A DNA stretch of 64,000 bases from Octopus sinensis (GCF_006345805.1 NC_043003.1:98270001-98334000); one strand, 5' to 3'. Counted from the first letter of the stretch, positions 13,902 through 27,436 are shown. Made by a program: numbers and translations. Notes: generated by a model from the letters alone, not told the origin.

Positions 13902-13905
<4 letters not shown>
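12952..13905 (+). repeat. Tandem duplication (~547 bp period), copy A only
   Basis: CAGAGAAGCACATATGTTTC..GGCTATAGAGAATG occurs at 12952 and 13498, differing only by single-base indels outside microsatellites; single copy in B (31103-31513). Confidence 0.92.
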
Positions 13906-13990
<85 letters not shown>

Positions 13991-14360
13991 GTACACATAT
14001 ACAGGCATGCATGCATGCATGCACACACACACAACACACACACACACACATATATATGTAATGTATGTTTGCATGTATGTATATGTATAATATATATATA
14101 TATACACACACACATTTATATATATGTGTAATATATACATATATGTATACACATATATATATATGTATATATATATATTATATATATATATATATATATA
14201 CATGTATATATATACACATATATGTATGTCTATATATATATATATGCATATATATACATACACACACACACACATATATATATATATCCACAGATATATA
14301 TACATATATATATATTTGTAAATATATATGCATACACATGTTTATATATATATATATATA

Positions 14361-15547
14361 TGTTAATAAAATAGAACATATGCATATATATAAACATATA
14401 TGTACGTACCTACCTCTACATGTACATATACACGCATATATGTGTACAGGACACCAAAAAGACGTCGAACACATAGAGAGACGAAAAACATAGACACAAA
14501 CCAAGCAACAAGACAAGCAAAAAAAGAGATACAGGACAATAAGCTCAACGAAAAATCCTCTTCTTCAGTCGCTAAGGTTTCATCTACTAAACGTTTCGAA
14601 GGATAAAAGCGAGACGTATTCTTCGAAGAAAACTTCCTTCCTGCGAAAAGCAAATCAATTAAAATTCTGAGATCTTTTCGCAGAGGGGTAAAAAAAAGCA
14701 AGACGGTAACGACAGTACGAACATATAAACAGTAAAAAATATATATGTAAACAGTGGAAAAATAAATATATAACAGTGAGAGACAGGACAAGGAGAACAA
14801 GATAAGAAGGGCTGTTAACGCCAGACGAAAAAAGTATTGCAAACGCTGGATTATAGTGGACGACGAGAGAGAAAGAATGTCGACCAGTAGCCTTAAAAGG
14901 CGGGCGAGAAAAGACAGGATAGCAGTTACGACGGAAGTATCGTCGCAGATGGACGACGGGAATGGGGGAGGAGGAGCAAGAGGAAGAGAGAGAAGAAGGG
15001 GAATGGTGCGAGGAGACCATGAAGAACAGTGAGGGGGAGAGAGAGAGAGGAAGAGACAAGTTAAGTGAGGGAAAAAAAGACGAAAAAGGGAATGGGAGAG
15101 AAAGAAAGAAAGATGCAGAGTCGCGTGAGAGTTAATATCAAGGCTAACTTGATAAACAGAACAATCTTACTTAATAGGGTGCGTGCGTTTAGTCGTATAA
15201 TATGTTAATAAAATAGAACATATGCATATATATAAACATATATGTACGTACCTACCTCTACATGTACATATACACGCATATATGTGTACAGGACACCAAA
15301 AAGACGTCGAACACATAGAGAGACGAAAAAACATAGACACAAACAAGGAACAAGACAAGCAAAAAAAGAGATACAGGACAATAAGCACAACGAAAAATCC
15401 CCTTCTTCAGTCGCTAAGGTTTCATCTACTAAACGTTTCGAAGGATAAAAGCGAGACGTATACTTCGAAGAAAACTTCCTTCCTGCGAAAAGCAAATCAA
15501 TTAAAATTCTGAGATCTTTTCGCAGAGGGGTAAAAAAAAGCAAGACA
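14361..15547 (-). mobile_element. Non-coding element with ~345 bp direct terminal repeats, copy-A-specific
   Basis: 14361-14705 matches 15203-15547 around ~500 bp of internal sequence; empty site in copy B at ~31860; each repeat has GAAACG..CTGAAGA on the minus strand. Confidence 0.75.
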
Positions 15548-15894
15548 TAAATACATATACACGTGTGCATTTATGCATATATATACATGTGTGTATGTAT
15601 GTATGTATGTGTGTGTGTGTTTGCGCGCGCGTTTGTGAATCTGTAGTAAACAAGTCCAGACATTACTGACCGGATGTTTCCGAAGAGGTTATTAAGTGCA
15701 TGCACTGATGTTAGCTCTCAGACATCATCCACATAATCATTTCAGCTGTTGTTCTTTTAATAAGTTTACACTTGCGTTCTTTTGTCGGGGCTAGTCATTC
15801 CGTGACCTTGAGGTAGAGTAGATTTTTCGACGGGCATTATCATAAAATTGGCTTTTCCCCACACTTTGTTATGAAAATTAAATAATAGTAATGA

Positions 15895-16067
15895 TCCTGT
15901 CTATTATAGGGTCAAGGTCTAAAGTTTTGGAAGGAGCGGATTTGTTGATTACATCAACTTCAGTGCTCAACTGGTACTTAATTATATCGACCCCGAGAGA
16001 GGAAAAGCAAAGTTAGTCTAAGCAGCATTTGAACTCAAAACGTAAATGCAGAAGAAAAATAATAATA

Positions 16068-16114
<47 letters not shown>

Positions 16115-16327
16115 TGATGATGATGATGATAATAATAATAATAATAATGATAATAGTGTTTTCAAATTCTGCCACTAGGGCAGCAATTTTGAGGGAGGGG
16201 ATGGTACTTAAAGGATAAAAGGCAAAGTCGACCTCGGTGGAATTTGAACTCAGAACGTGAGGTCGGATGAAATGTCGCAGAGCATTTAACCCGGCGTGCT
16301 AACGATTCTGCCAGCTCGCTGTCGCTT
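15895..16327 (-). mobile_element. Two diverged SINE family 1 copies separated by (AAT)n
   Basis: GGTACTT..ATCGACCCCGA and GGCAAAGTCGACCTCGG motifs; paralogues at 32212-32427 and 34127-34300. Confidence 0.8.
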
Positions 16328-16377
16328 CAATAATAATAATAATAATAATAATAATAGTAATAATAATAATAATAATG

Positions 16378-16545
<168 letters not shown>

Positions 16546-16585
16546 TAATGATGATGTGATGATGATGATGATGATGATGATGATA

Positions 16586-17140
16586 AATGCTCTGACGCAG
16601 TGCCAGGGAGTGAATTTCATGGCTTTTGATCTTAACTGGTTGGAAGTGCTATCATGTACATGTTTTCTTTTAGTATAAAAGATGGGCTACAGCAAATATT
16701 CTGTTCAATACTACAGATTTGCTTGTCAGTTGTTTGACTTCAACCAGCTGCGCATCTCCCTTAGTGGCTGACAATATGTGCATCTCTGATCACGAGCAGA
16801 AGTAGTGGGGGAGAATCATGGCCGTGTGTTGAGAGGGATTCTTTGGGGTTTGAATAATTCACCTCTGGAAACATGGATGTTTCGTTCAACATCCTTAAAC
16901 AACCCTTGTCCAGGGACCTTTTGAGCGGGATGGGCTACTCGATCTGAAGAAAATTCTAACTGGGCCCCACCTGCAAGGTCATGTGCTGTTTATCTTGATA
17001 TGAGATCACCATGTCACGCACATATGGTTGTGAGGCACGTGTCTGGTGTACTCTTATCAGATAGGTGGTGTTGATGGGTTTATTGGGCTTGGTATATTTG
17101 TATCCCAGTGTCAATTTGATGACATGCACTGCTCTCTCAC
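16586..17140 (+). mobile_element. Unclassified ~550 bp interspersed element ending in (AAT)n
   Basis: Complex non-coding block between GAT/AAT tracts; diverged counterpart at 34418-34968. Family not identified. Confidence 0.45.
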
Positions 17141-17189
17141 AATAATAATGATAATAATAATAATAATGATAATAATAATAATAATAATA

Positions 17190-18902
17190 GTAGCAACGCT
17201 ACTGAGCAACAAAAAGAGAACAAAAATGCTCCGCAAATATAACATCACAGAAAAAGATTTGCCGGAGATAAAAGAAAAGCTGATGAAGCAAGATATCCTT
17301 GCCAAAGCTCAAAGGATCCGCCGGTACGAGAAACGCCAACGCTTCTTTGAACAGAACAAAAAGTTCAACTCCGACCCCAAAAAGTTTTCTACCAAGAATG
17401 GGGCAAAAATAAAATAGAAGTCACTGCAGCACCAACGGCAGAAGAATTGGAAGAATTCTGGAAAGAAATATGGTCGGCGAACGAACAGCCAAAAAAAGGA
17501 GTATGAAAATACAAAAACTCGGCATCTGAACAACTTTGGGACCCCCCATAACAAACTGAAAGGTCACCCAGGCACTGCAAAAACTAAGCAACTGGAAGGC
17601 ACCTGGGCATGACAAGATCCCCAACTTCTGGTTGAAATATCTAACAGGAATGCACAAAAAGCTGGCTGAAAACTTTACAGCATACTAGCAGAGCCAGAGA
17701 CAATGCCTGAATGGCTCACGAAGGGAAAACCATCTTAATTCCCAAATCAAATGAAACAACAAACACAGAAAACTACAGACCAATAACCTGCCTCCCTACT
17801 ATGTTCAAGGCATTTACTGCAGTGATATCGCAAAGGCTGAACAAGCACCTGGACGAAAACAAACTGTTCCCAGAAGAGCGAAAGAAAGATGCCGCAAGGG
17901 CTCATATGGCTTGTAAGATCAACTAATGATTAATAAAGCCGTAACTGAAGACAGCCACAGAAAGAAGAAAAGAAAGGCTCATATGGCCTGGATTGACTAC
18001 AAAAAGGCGTTTGATAGCATCCCCCACACATGGATCCTCGCGAAAACACTAGCCATTAACAAAGTAGCACCAACAATCATTAAAATTCATAGAGCACTCT
18101 ATGAATAAATGGCAAACAGTCCTACACCTCAAACAAAAAAAAGAAGGACTCATGAAAACCAAAGACATCCCCATTAGAAGGGAATATTCCAGGGAGACAC
18201 GCTCTCTCCACTCCTTTTCTGCTTGGCACTGCCACCTCTATCTGATATGCTAAATAGAACTGGATGCGGATATAAATGTTACGGCAAAACGATCAGCCAC
18301 CTTTTATATATGGATGACCTAAAACTATACGCTGCAAATGACAAACAGCTGGAAACACTATTAAAGACAGTTCATGGATTTACCAAAGAAATAGATATGA
18401 AATTTGGATTAGAAAAATGCGCCAAAGTAACCATGAAAAGAGGAAAACTAGTTAAGAGTAACAACATCACACTAGATAAAAACCAATGAAATAAAAGAAT
18501 TAGACCAAAGCCAAACTTACAAATACTTAGGAATCCATGAACTAGATAAGACACAACACACACAAATGAAAGAGAAAATAAAAAAGAATATTATAGACGA
18601 GTTAGATCATACTAAAAACAGAGCTCAATGCTAAAAACAAGATATAGGTATCAACACTTTAGCTGTCCCAGTTATAAGTTACAGCTACAATATCCTTAAC
18701 TGGACACGAAATGAACTGTCCAAAATAGATAGGAAACAAGAAAAATACTGACAGGATCTAGGATGCATCACCAAAATCTGACATAGAAAGACTATATATA
18801 CAACGTATAGAAGGTGGTAGAGGCCTTATACAGCTGGAAAACTACTATAAAATAACCACCATAGGACTGCAAAAATACCTACTTCAGAAGGAAGGAAAAC
18901 TG
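17190..18902 (+). mobile_element. R4/Dong-like LINE reverse transcriptase region, truncated at both ends, frameshifted
   Basis: Motifs across frames: KAPGHDKIPNFWLK, ENYRPITCL, AWIDYKKAFDSIPH, GIFQGDTLSPLLFC, LLYMDDLKLY, KFGLEKC, YKYLG, GGRGL. Starts inside (TAA)n. Confidence 0.92.
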
Positions 18903-19015
18903 AGAGCATTATACATACATGCCACACGCTAAGAGGGACAATTAGTCATTTCTACCAAAAATATTACTAATCCCACCGAATGCAATTTTTCAAAGTAAGA
19001 TATTTAAAAAATATA

Positions 19016-19061
19016 GACCTGTATCACAGTGATTTCATACTTACGTATTCATCAGCAGGCC
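19016..19061 (-). ncRNA. Minimal type-I hammerhead ribozyme (mirror copy)
   Basis: Exact reverse complement of 19414-19459. Confidence 0.8.
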
Positions 19062-19413
19062 TGAATGTATCATAAATAAACGACCCTGCCCCGCTTAAGC
19101 CGATCAGCTAACTGATCAACATCAACGAAGCACATGGGTGAGTTTACATATATTACATCCTGTAAATGGCGAACTTTTACGAATTGCATTTCGGGACAGG
19201 AAAAGTTTTTTCGGAATAAAAATTTAGCAATTAAGGACAACTACTTAATAAGGAAAACTTAACAATAAACGACCCTGCCCCGCTTAAGCCGATCAGCTAA
19301 CTGATCAACATCAACGAAGCACATGGGTGAGTTTACATATATTACATCCTGTAAATGGCGAACTTTTACGAATTGCATTTCGGGACAGGAAAAGTTTATT
19401 TATGATACATTCA

Positions 19414-19459
19414 GGCCTGCTGATGAATACGTAAGTATGAAATCACTGTGATACAGGTC
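19414..19459 (+). ncRNA. Minimal type-I hammerhead ribozyme
   Basis: GGCCTG-CTGATGA-ATAC(GTAA)GTAT-GAA-ATCAC(T)GTGAT-A-CAGGTC: full CUGAUGA/GAAA/UH core, three helices, predicted cleavage after AUA (19453). Confidence 0.82.
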
Positions 19460-19724
19460 TATATTTTTTAAATGTCTTACTTTGAAAAATTGCATTCGGT
19501 GGGATTAGTAATATTTTTGGTAGAAATGACTAATTGTCCCTCTTAGCGTGTGGCATGTATGTATAATGCTCTCTGGCATGTATGTAATAATGCCCTCTAT
19601 ATATAAATTAATATGTTCAATAGAAATAATATTATTTTCGAAATTTATTCTCTTATGAGGTTTTCACGCTATTACCTGACAATTTCTTGTTAAGTTTTCC
19701 TTATTAAGTAGTTGTCCTTAATTG

Positions 19725-19760
<36 letters not shown>

Positions 19761-20019
19761 ACATACATACAACGTACATACATATATTTTATTTAAGAAA
19801 GACTTTCAAGATCTACCTGTGAAGATGGTACGAAGGAAGTGGCTACTTCACACCATCTAGCCTTGCTTCCCTTCAGAGGAAGCAACTCATCATCTGATAA
19901 AGACTAGATTTATCAAGTAAAATCTGAAGTACGTAGCTGACCCTGTTTCAGATCATCTTCCGGCCAGTTATCTAACAAAATATTTGCCATCAGGAGACAA
20001 AAGCTGACTGTGCTTTTTT

Positions 20020-20134
<115 letters not shown>

Positions 20135-20162
20135 CACTATTATTATTTTTATTATTATTATT

Positions 20163-21105
20163 TTGTTGCCTTTGCACAGCTTCTAACGCTGGAGATGTAC
20201 TACAGTGTCAGCTGATCACTACCAGTGAACTAAGGTAACACCTTTTATTTTTCGAGCACCTTCCGGAGTATTCGAGCAGTTCAAAGTAGTACTGTTTTCT
20301 GGAAGTGCTCCACCCTTATTGCAGCCAATATTTGTTCCGCGTACTTCTCGAGATTTTTGCTCACTGTTCCCAGGGCTCCGACAATTGTTGGTACTACTAC
20401 TACCTTTTTTCATCAACCACAACTGCCTAACTTTCCAAGCTAACCTGTCATATCTCTCAACTTTTCTTTCTTCCTTATCGCATACCTTGTTGTCAGCTGG
20501 GCATGATATATCTACGATCTAGCATAGTTTGTATTCTTTCTCAATGTCCGGCTTCATATTCTCTATCTCATGGTCGCACTGGATCATAAAATCCCATAGG
20601 ATCTTTGCATTTCTATTTTCGACGATGCCTTCAGGTTTGTGGTCGTACCAATTTTTTTCTGTGTTAGGTCCATACTTGTTGCAGTGTCCAATGGACAAGC
20701 CTGGCTATATTGTCGTGGCGTCCCTTATATTCCTTCTGAGCTAGTGGCGCACATTGCCTGATAATATGCCATACGGTTTCACCATTTTGTCCACAGATTT
20801 TGCACTTGTCTACTGCTGTGTTGTCTATTCTGTATTTTATGTAGTTTGTTCTTAGTGCTTGCACTTGGACAGCACAGATTAGAGCCTCCGGTTCCGGTTT
20901 TAAATCAGTTTTAGTTACCTACAGCCACTTATTTTCAGTTTCATTCGTTTTCAGCTTCTTGAATATTGCTTTATCTTTGCAATCTTTCATCCTACACAAG
21001 CCTAACCTTCCTACTTCTAATAATAGCGGTTGTGTGGCATTTTTACATACCATTTCTTCTACTCTACTGCTGTATTCGCATCCAATAAGTCCTTTTCCCC
21101 CTCTT
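20163..21105 (-). mobile_element. R4/Dong-like LINE 3' fragment (CCHC + RLE), degraded
   Basis: QALRTNYIKYRID..CKICGQNGETVWHIIRQC..RHDNIA, ILWDF, KPDI; the 3' end runs into (AAT)n on the minus strand. Confidence 0.88.
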
Positions 21106-21107
21106 TA

Positions 21108-21358
21108 AATGCGCCTTTTTAAAGCATGGCAAGGTTCATGGGCCCGGTTTCCCGGTTTCAATGGAGTATGTGTTCCCCAGCTGGACGGGGCGCCAGTACA
21201 ACGCAGCATTACTCACTTTTGCCAGCTGAGTGGACTGGAGCAACATGAAATGAAGTGTTTTGCTCAAGAACACAAAGCGTCGCTAGGTCCAGGAATCGAA
21301 ACCACAATCATACGATCATGATGCTGACACCCTAGCTACTAAGCCACGCACCTCCACA
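21108..21358 (-). mobile_element. tRNA-derived SINE, family 3 (CORE/V-like)
   Basis: Reverse complement has GGTTTCGATTCC and TGTTCTTGAGCAAAACACTTCATTTCA..GCTCCAGTCCACTCAGCTG; related copies at ~51700-51990, 57826-57960 and 62480-62775. Confidence 0.8.
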
Positions 21359-21399
21359 CATTTAGATAAAATAACTTAATTCACTGCTTGAGTTGAACC

Positions 21400-21890
21400 T
21401 TCGGGATGACCTGGGAATTCGTTAGGAGTTACACTATGAAGTGGCTTATTCTCAAAGGGATTATCTGAACCATCCTTTTTTTTGACAGTACAATGACTGC
21501 TTTCATTTACTTGAAATTGCTGTGATAATCGGTCATGCCAAGTTGTCAAGAGAACTTTGAGGATGTGGCGTTCTGTTTCAGCAAGATGGAGCATGCCAAC
21601 ACTACCATATTAACGAAAGGCCGTATCTTGATGAGATTTTGTCAAAGGGTGGATTCGATGAAGATCTTCAGTAGAAGGCTATCCAGGTTTACTGAACTGC
21701 ACATCAATAGAATTATTTTGGGAGAAACTTAGACCAATGTTTACAGTAAAAGACCGGCAACAGTGGACAAAGTGAAGGCAGATATTGAACAAGAATGTGC
21801 ACAAATATCGAAAGAAATGTTTCTTGATGTCTGCGATTCCATAGACTCGATCTTCGAGTGACTGTACCGAAACGATCATCAGTTTTAAGG
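21400..21890 (+). mobile_element. IS630-Tc1-mariner transposase catalytic-domain fragment (pseudogenised)
   Basis: Broken frames give FQQDGA..YH....YLDE, then VYSKRPATVDKVKADIEQECAQISKEM, typical of the Tc1/Tc3-like C-terminus. Confidence 0.7.
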
Positions 21891-22197
21891 CAAGCACCCA
21901 TAAAACAATTATTATTTCTTTATTGCTCACAAGGGGCTCAACAAAGAGGAGACAAACAAAGGACAGACAAAGAGATTAAGTCGACTACATCGACCCCAGT
22001 GCGTAACTGGTACTTATTTAATCGACCCCGAAAGGATGAAAGGCAAAGTCGACCTCGGCGGAATTTGAACTCAGAACGTAACGGCAGACGAAATACGGCT
22101 ACGCATTTCTGCAAGCTCGCCGCCTTCGCACCCATAAAATAATCATGTTGTGTGAGACAAAGACCACATAGATGCACACACACACAAACGCACACAT

Positions 22198-22293
<96 letters not shown>

Positions 22294-23718
22294 CGGGCTT
22301 CTTTGAGTTTCCGTCTATCAAATCCACCCACAAGACTTCGTCGACCCGGGATATAGTAGGAAACACTTGCCAATGGTGCTACACTGTGAGCCTGAACCCG
22401 AAACCATATGCTTGGGAAACAAACTTCTTACTACATTGTTACGCCTGTATGCGTACACTAATTGAAATATCCATAAATTTCTCTAACTTTATTGATTTAA
22501 ACCAAACCTATTCTTTTGTTAATGATTAGGTTGAAGTTTTCAAAGAATTTAAATCTCAAGTAAAATTTTTATTCACTCGGCTTCGGTCGACATGAGACTA
22601 TGGTAAAAGACATAAGGCATCAGTCTAAGATGCTTTTTGATAGGATCAAATGTGGGTCTCATAACTGCAAAAGAACTGCTTAACCATTCAACTATACATT
22701 CTTTCTTCCATCCATCCATAAATACATAAAAACGTACTTAAATACGCGTATATACTGGCATACATACATAAATTCATACATTGAGCATACATAATGCATG
22801 CATACATACATACATACATACATACATACATACATACATACATACATACATACATACATACATACATGCATACATACTTACATATATACATATAAAAATA
22901 CAGACATGCAGGGATGATTCTCGGTCGGTTTCAACGATGCAGAATATGTTGTTTGATCAACTAAACTACTTGCTCATTGAATGTCCGGAGGACGTGGTTG
23001 AGTATCCCACAGAAACCTGTAACGTTAATATAATTCTCAAGCAGAGATAGCATAGCAAAAATTTTACAAGGTTGACCTTGAATCACAAATATATTCCATC
23101 AGACAGGCTTCCACACAATTTCCGTTAACCCAAGTTAGGCTTTTATATCAGTAACCACGTGTTACTTTTTGATATATGTCTGTGTTTGGATTGTGGCATT
23201 GTACTGCGATATGACTATGACGTCCATCATTAATCTTCTACTTTTGCATTTATCTTCCGCTATTTCACAACCAGTGCGGGTTTGTTTGCGACAAAAACCC
23301 TTAACAAATCTTTATATTACTGATGAATGGCTGAACATTCTACAGGAAATCAACCAGTATGTATCAAATAACAGTGACACCACACACACACATATATTAC
23401 GGAGATGTACTTGCATAGCAAGTGACCTGATCTGAGTTCTTGCGCCGAAACAAAAGCAATTGCAGCATGGAAGGTGTTTACAACCCATTTAAAAACACAC
23501 AAAAACCGTTAGATTCACTTTAACATTTAAATATAATTTGCCAAAATATTTTCGTCGCGTAGAGACCGCGACCCGTTCACTGACAGAATTTTGCAGCGTC
23601 AAAAATATTTTGGCAAATTAAATTTAAATGTTGAAGTGAATCTAACGGGTTTTTCTGTGATTTTAAATGACTTATAAACACTTTCCGCGCAGTAATTGTA
23701 TGTATGTATGTATGTGTG

Positions 23719-23799
<81 letters not shown>

Positions 23800-23800
<1 letters not shown>

Positions 23801-24285
23801 AAAATATGGTAAAGTAAAAATTCACTTTACCACACACCGAACTTTTCAGAAATAGCAGCCAAAAATTTGGCTATTTCTTCAACTGCAAATAAAAGTCTCC
23901 AGACAATGCATACTCAGAAAATAACTCACATAGGTATAAGGGAAAAACAATGAAAGATCACATCCATATACGATACTCGAGGACAGTCTGTTTCTGGATT
24001 TGTGGGTAAAACGCCACTTTTCCTTCATCAGCTCAGAGATTTCTTCTGATTTAGATTTGAAAATACTAAGAATCAAACATACCCGTCCGATATCTGTAAC
24101 ATCGGACAAACCATGCCAGACACCCAGTACTAGCGAATCCAAAAATACGAATGAGATCTATTATTCTCCCTGTCCACCCACATGAGTCATAGAGCATTAC
24201 ATTTCTACAGAGGTAAAAACTGCAGTTCAAATTCTTGGAGAGAAAGCATATATTGTCATCAAAAAAGGGGTAGAATAATTAATTG

Positions 24286-24292
<7 letters not shown>
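23800..24292 (-). mobile_element. Copy-B-specific non-coding insertion in (TA)n carrying a hammerhead
   Basis: Absent from the equivalent (TA)n in copy A (5030-5175); flanked by (TA)n on both sides. Confidence 0.75.
23978..24035 (-). ncRNA. Minimal type-I hammerhead ribozyme
   Basis: Minus strand: TGAG-CTGATGA-A-GGA..GTGG/CCAC..TCC-A-GAA-ACAG(A)CTGT-C-CTCG; GUC cleavage triplet; one extra A on each side of helix II. Confidence 0.68.
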
Positions 24293-24360
<68 letters not shown>

Positions 24361-24661
24361 TATTATATATACATAATATATAAATATATGTACATACCTG
24401 CATGTATATGTATATATACATGCATATATGGGTACAGGACATAAAAGAAAACGTGGACACAATGTGAGACGAAAGCATAAAAGCAAAAACATAGAAAACG
24501 AACATTTTTTCGAACAACGAAAAAAACAAAACAGAGAACTAAGAATGCAACATAAAGAACATCTCCTTCATCAGTTGTCCCTGTTACATCTACTCCGCGT
24601 TTTCGAATGTGTGTATATATATATATATACATATTATATCTATATATATAATCTATATATA

Positions 24662-24741
<80 letters not shown>

Positions 24742-25483
24742 CATATACAATTCAGATTCAGTTGAATGAGGTTCTTAAGTTGAAGCACCAAGTCAGTGCG
24801 GTATTATCCGCACACACTCGAAGTAAGGGGAATGAAATCAAAATAAGCGACAGGATATCAAGTAGTGATGCAGTACGACCGTTTCAAGCGGCTCCATTTA
24901 ATTGAGCAATGCAATCATATCATCAATATAAATGCAGTGCCATCTTCAGCTGCACAAATAAATAAATAGAATTTTAAAAAGTGGACACATTAATGTGTAT
25001 TAGTTGTTAAAAATTCTATATATTTATTTGTGCAGCTGAAGATGGCACTACATTTAAATTGATGTTATGATTGCATTACTCAATTAAATGGACCCGCTTG
25101 AAACGGTCGTTCTGCATCAGTACTTGATATACTGTCGCTTATTTTCACATATACATATACATATACATACATGTATATATATATATATATATAATATATA
25201 TATATATATATTCAATTCATGGTGGGAACTGGCGGGAAAATCTTCATGAATTTAACCAGTATATAAGAGCTATAGAGATGACAAACACATTTTCTTTGAA
25301 ATCGTGAAAATGAGATTGTAAAAGTTTGGTAGATTCGAACATGAGTTGTACTTCTAAACTAACTGTAAAAGAAAACTAACAAGAAAAAATACAAACTTAA
25401 AAATAAAAAATAAACTTCAACACAGTTGTGTGTTTAATGAAACAAGTATGGTATGAAAGAAAAACTGTTCCTCAACTGTACGG

Positions 25484-25581
<98 letters not shown>

Positions 25582-25827
25582 ATGTTTGTCTGTCTGCTAA
25601 TGTAAAAAGCACATATATATATATGTGTGTGTGTGTGTTTGTATGTGTGTGTGTTTGTATGTGTGTGTGTGTACACATGCACATAATTAATACGTATGTA
25701 CACATGCACATAATTAAACACACACACACACATATATATATACATGTCTGTTTGCAAATAGACATGTATATATATGTACATGAATATATGTTTGATTATG
25801 TGCATATGTACATATGTATATATGCTA

Positions 25828-25862
<35 letters not shown>

Positions 25863-25886
25863 AACATGTACTTTTTACATTGTATG

Positions 25887-25927
<41 letters not shown>

Positions 25928-26314
25928 CATGTACTTTTTACATTGTATGTATAATATATATATTATATATATTATATATTTATATATTATACATACATAC
26001 ATACATAATACATACATACATGTACATATATAATAGGGAGAACTGAAGTGTCCTTTCCTGATTTCAAGGCACTTATTGAAGGAGCGGAGGTGTGAGAACC
26101 AAGAAGATATTTCTCCTAGTAGTAGTAGTAGTAGTAGTAGTGGCGGTGGTAGTGGTTTTTTTTCTATTGTTGTTGTGGTCGACTATGATCTTAAACTGAC
26201 GGGGTGCGGCTGGCTGTGTGTCTGTGAAGAGGAATTAAAATGTGTGGTGAGATGTTGAGGACTGGTAGTGCCAGTAAGCACGGAAAAAACATTCAGTTGT
26301 ATACAGATGTGTGA

Positions 26315-26370
<56 letters not shown>

Positions 26371-26862
26371 AAAGAAAGGGAGAGTGTGAGGGAAAACACT
26401 GTTTGGACCTCACGTAGTGGAAACGAGCGTGGGAGTCTTGGTCATGAGGGATTGGTTGGGTTGGTCAGACAACTTATGGTTGGTGTTGGTGGTGGATAGT
26501 GGACAGAAAAGAGCTACTCGAAGATGGACAAGTGAGTTGTGGCCTGTAAGATATACGGGCCTTTATGACACCCTATTGCTACTAATAATTGTAGTCATCA
26601 TTTTAGCTCCGGGTCAGCTATAAACTACTATGGTAGTAGGGCCCTCAAGTTGTGATGCGGTCATTGTGAGCCATCGTTGCATTCGGAATACTTCAGTTCC
26701 CTTCAGACCTGGTGGAGACCATCCCCATAGTATGATCAGTGTACTATTCGTATCGACTTTGCTAACTAATACGAGTCTTGCCGACGCAGACTAACATCAG
26801 TCTATTGTTTGATCTAGCTCTCTTACTCTTTCTCTCTGTTTCTCTCTCTCTCTTTATCTCTA

Positions 26863-26904
<42 letters not shown>

Positions 26905-27088
26905 ACACACACATCGTCAGTGGATCATATATCCGAAGAAGAAGCAAACTTCAAAGGTTAGAGCAATAATGTATTTATATGTAAAGTTAAATATATGTCC
27001 GGTCATAGAGTGACCAATGGTTTCGCATCCATAAAGTGCTTAGCTTTATTGACGACTCGTCAAACTCTAATGGCCGAGGGCATATATG

Positions 27089-27130
<42 letters not shown>

Positions 27131-27436
27131 AAGTTAATCCAAACAAGAAAACAAAAACGAAAAGACAACAATGCAAGGACGTGGAACAAATAAGTATTAT
27201 TGGACGCTCAGGAAAGAAGGGACGTTTCGAGCGGAGCTCTTCGTCGGAAACAAAGGAGAAGGAAAGATCCCGAGAAGGGAAGACAGAGGAAAAAAATCGC
27301 TAGTGATACAGACGAGGTCACATACTAAAAGACGGAAGTGGCAAAAGTAGAAGAAAATGTTTTTAAAAAACAAGAGAGCTATATCAAAGACGGAATGGTA
27401 AAGAAGGTGTGCGATGATGAAATATATATATATATA

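Larger units (their letters stand above)
18902..19725. mobile_element. Hammerhead-containing fold-back element
   Basis: 180 bp inverted arms 18902-19081 / 19394-19573 (one mismatch seen) enclose 134 bp direct repeats 19075-19208 / 19264-19397; a further inverted piece at ~19687-19727; ends in (TA)n. Confidence 0.88.

Noticed and set aside
19075-19397. CRISPR-like repeat-spacer pattern
   Set aside because: Only two 134 bp repeats, eukaryotic context and no cas genes.
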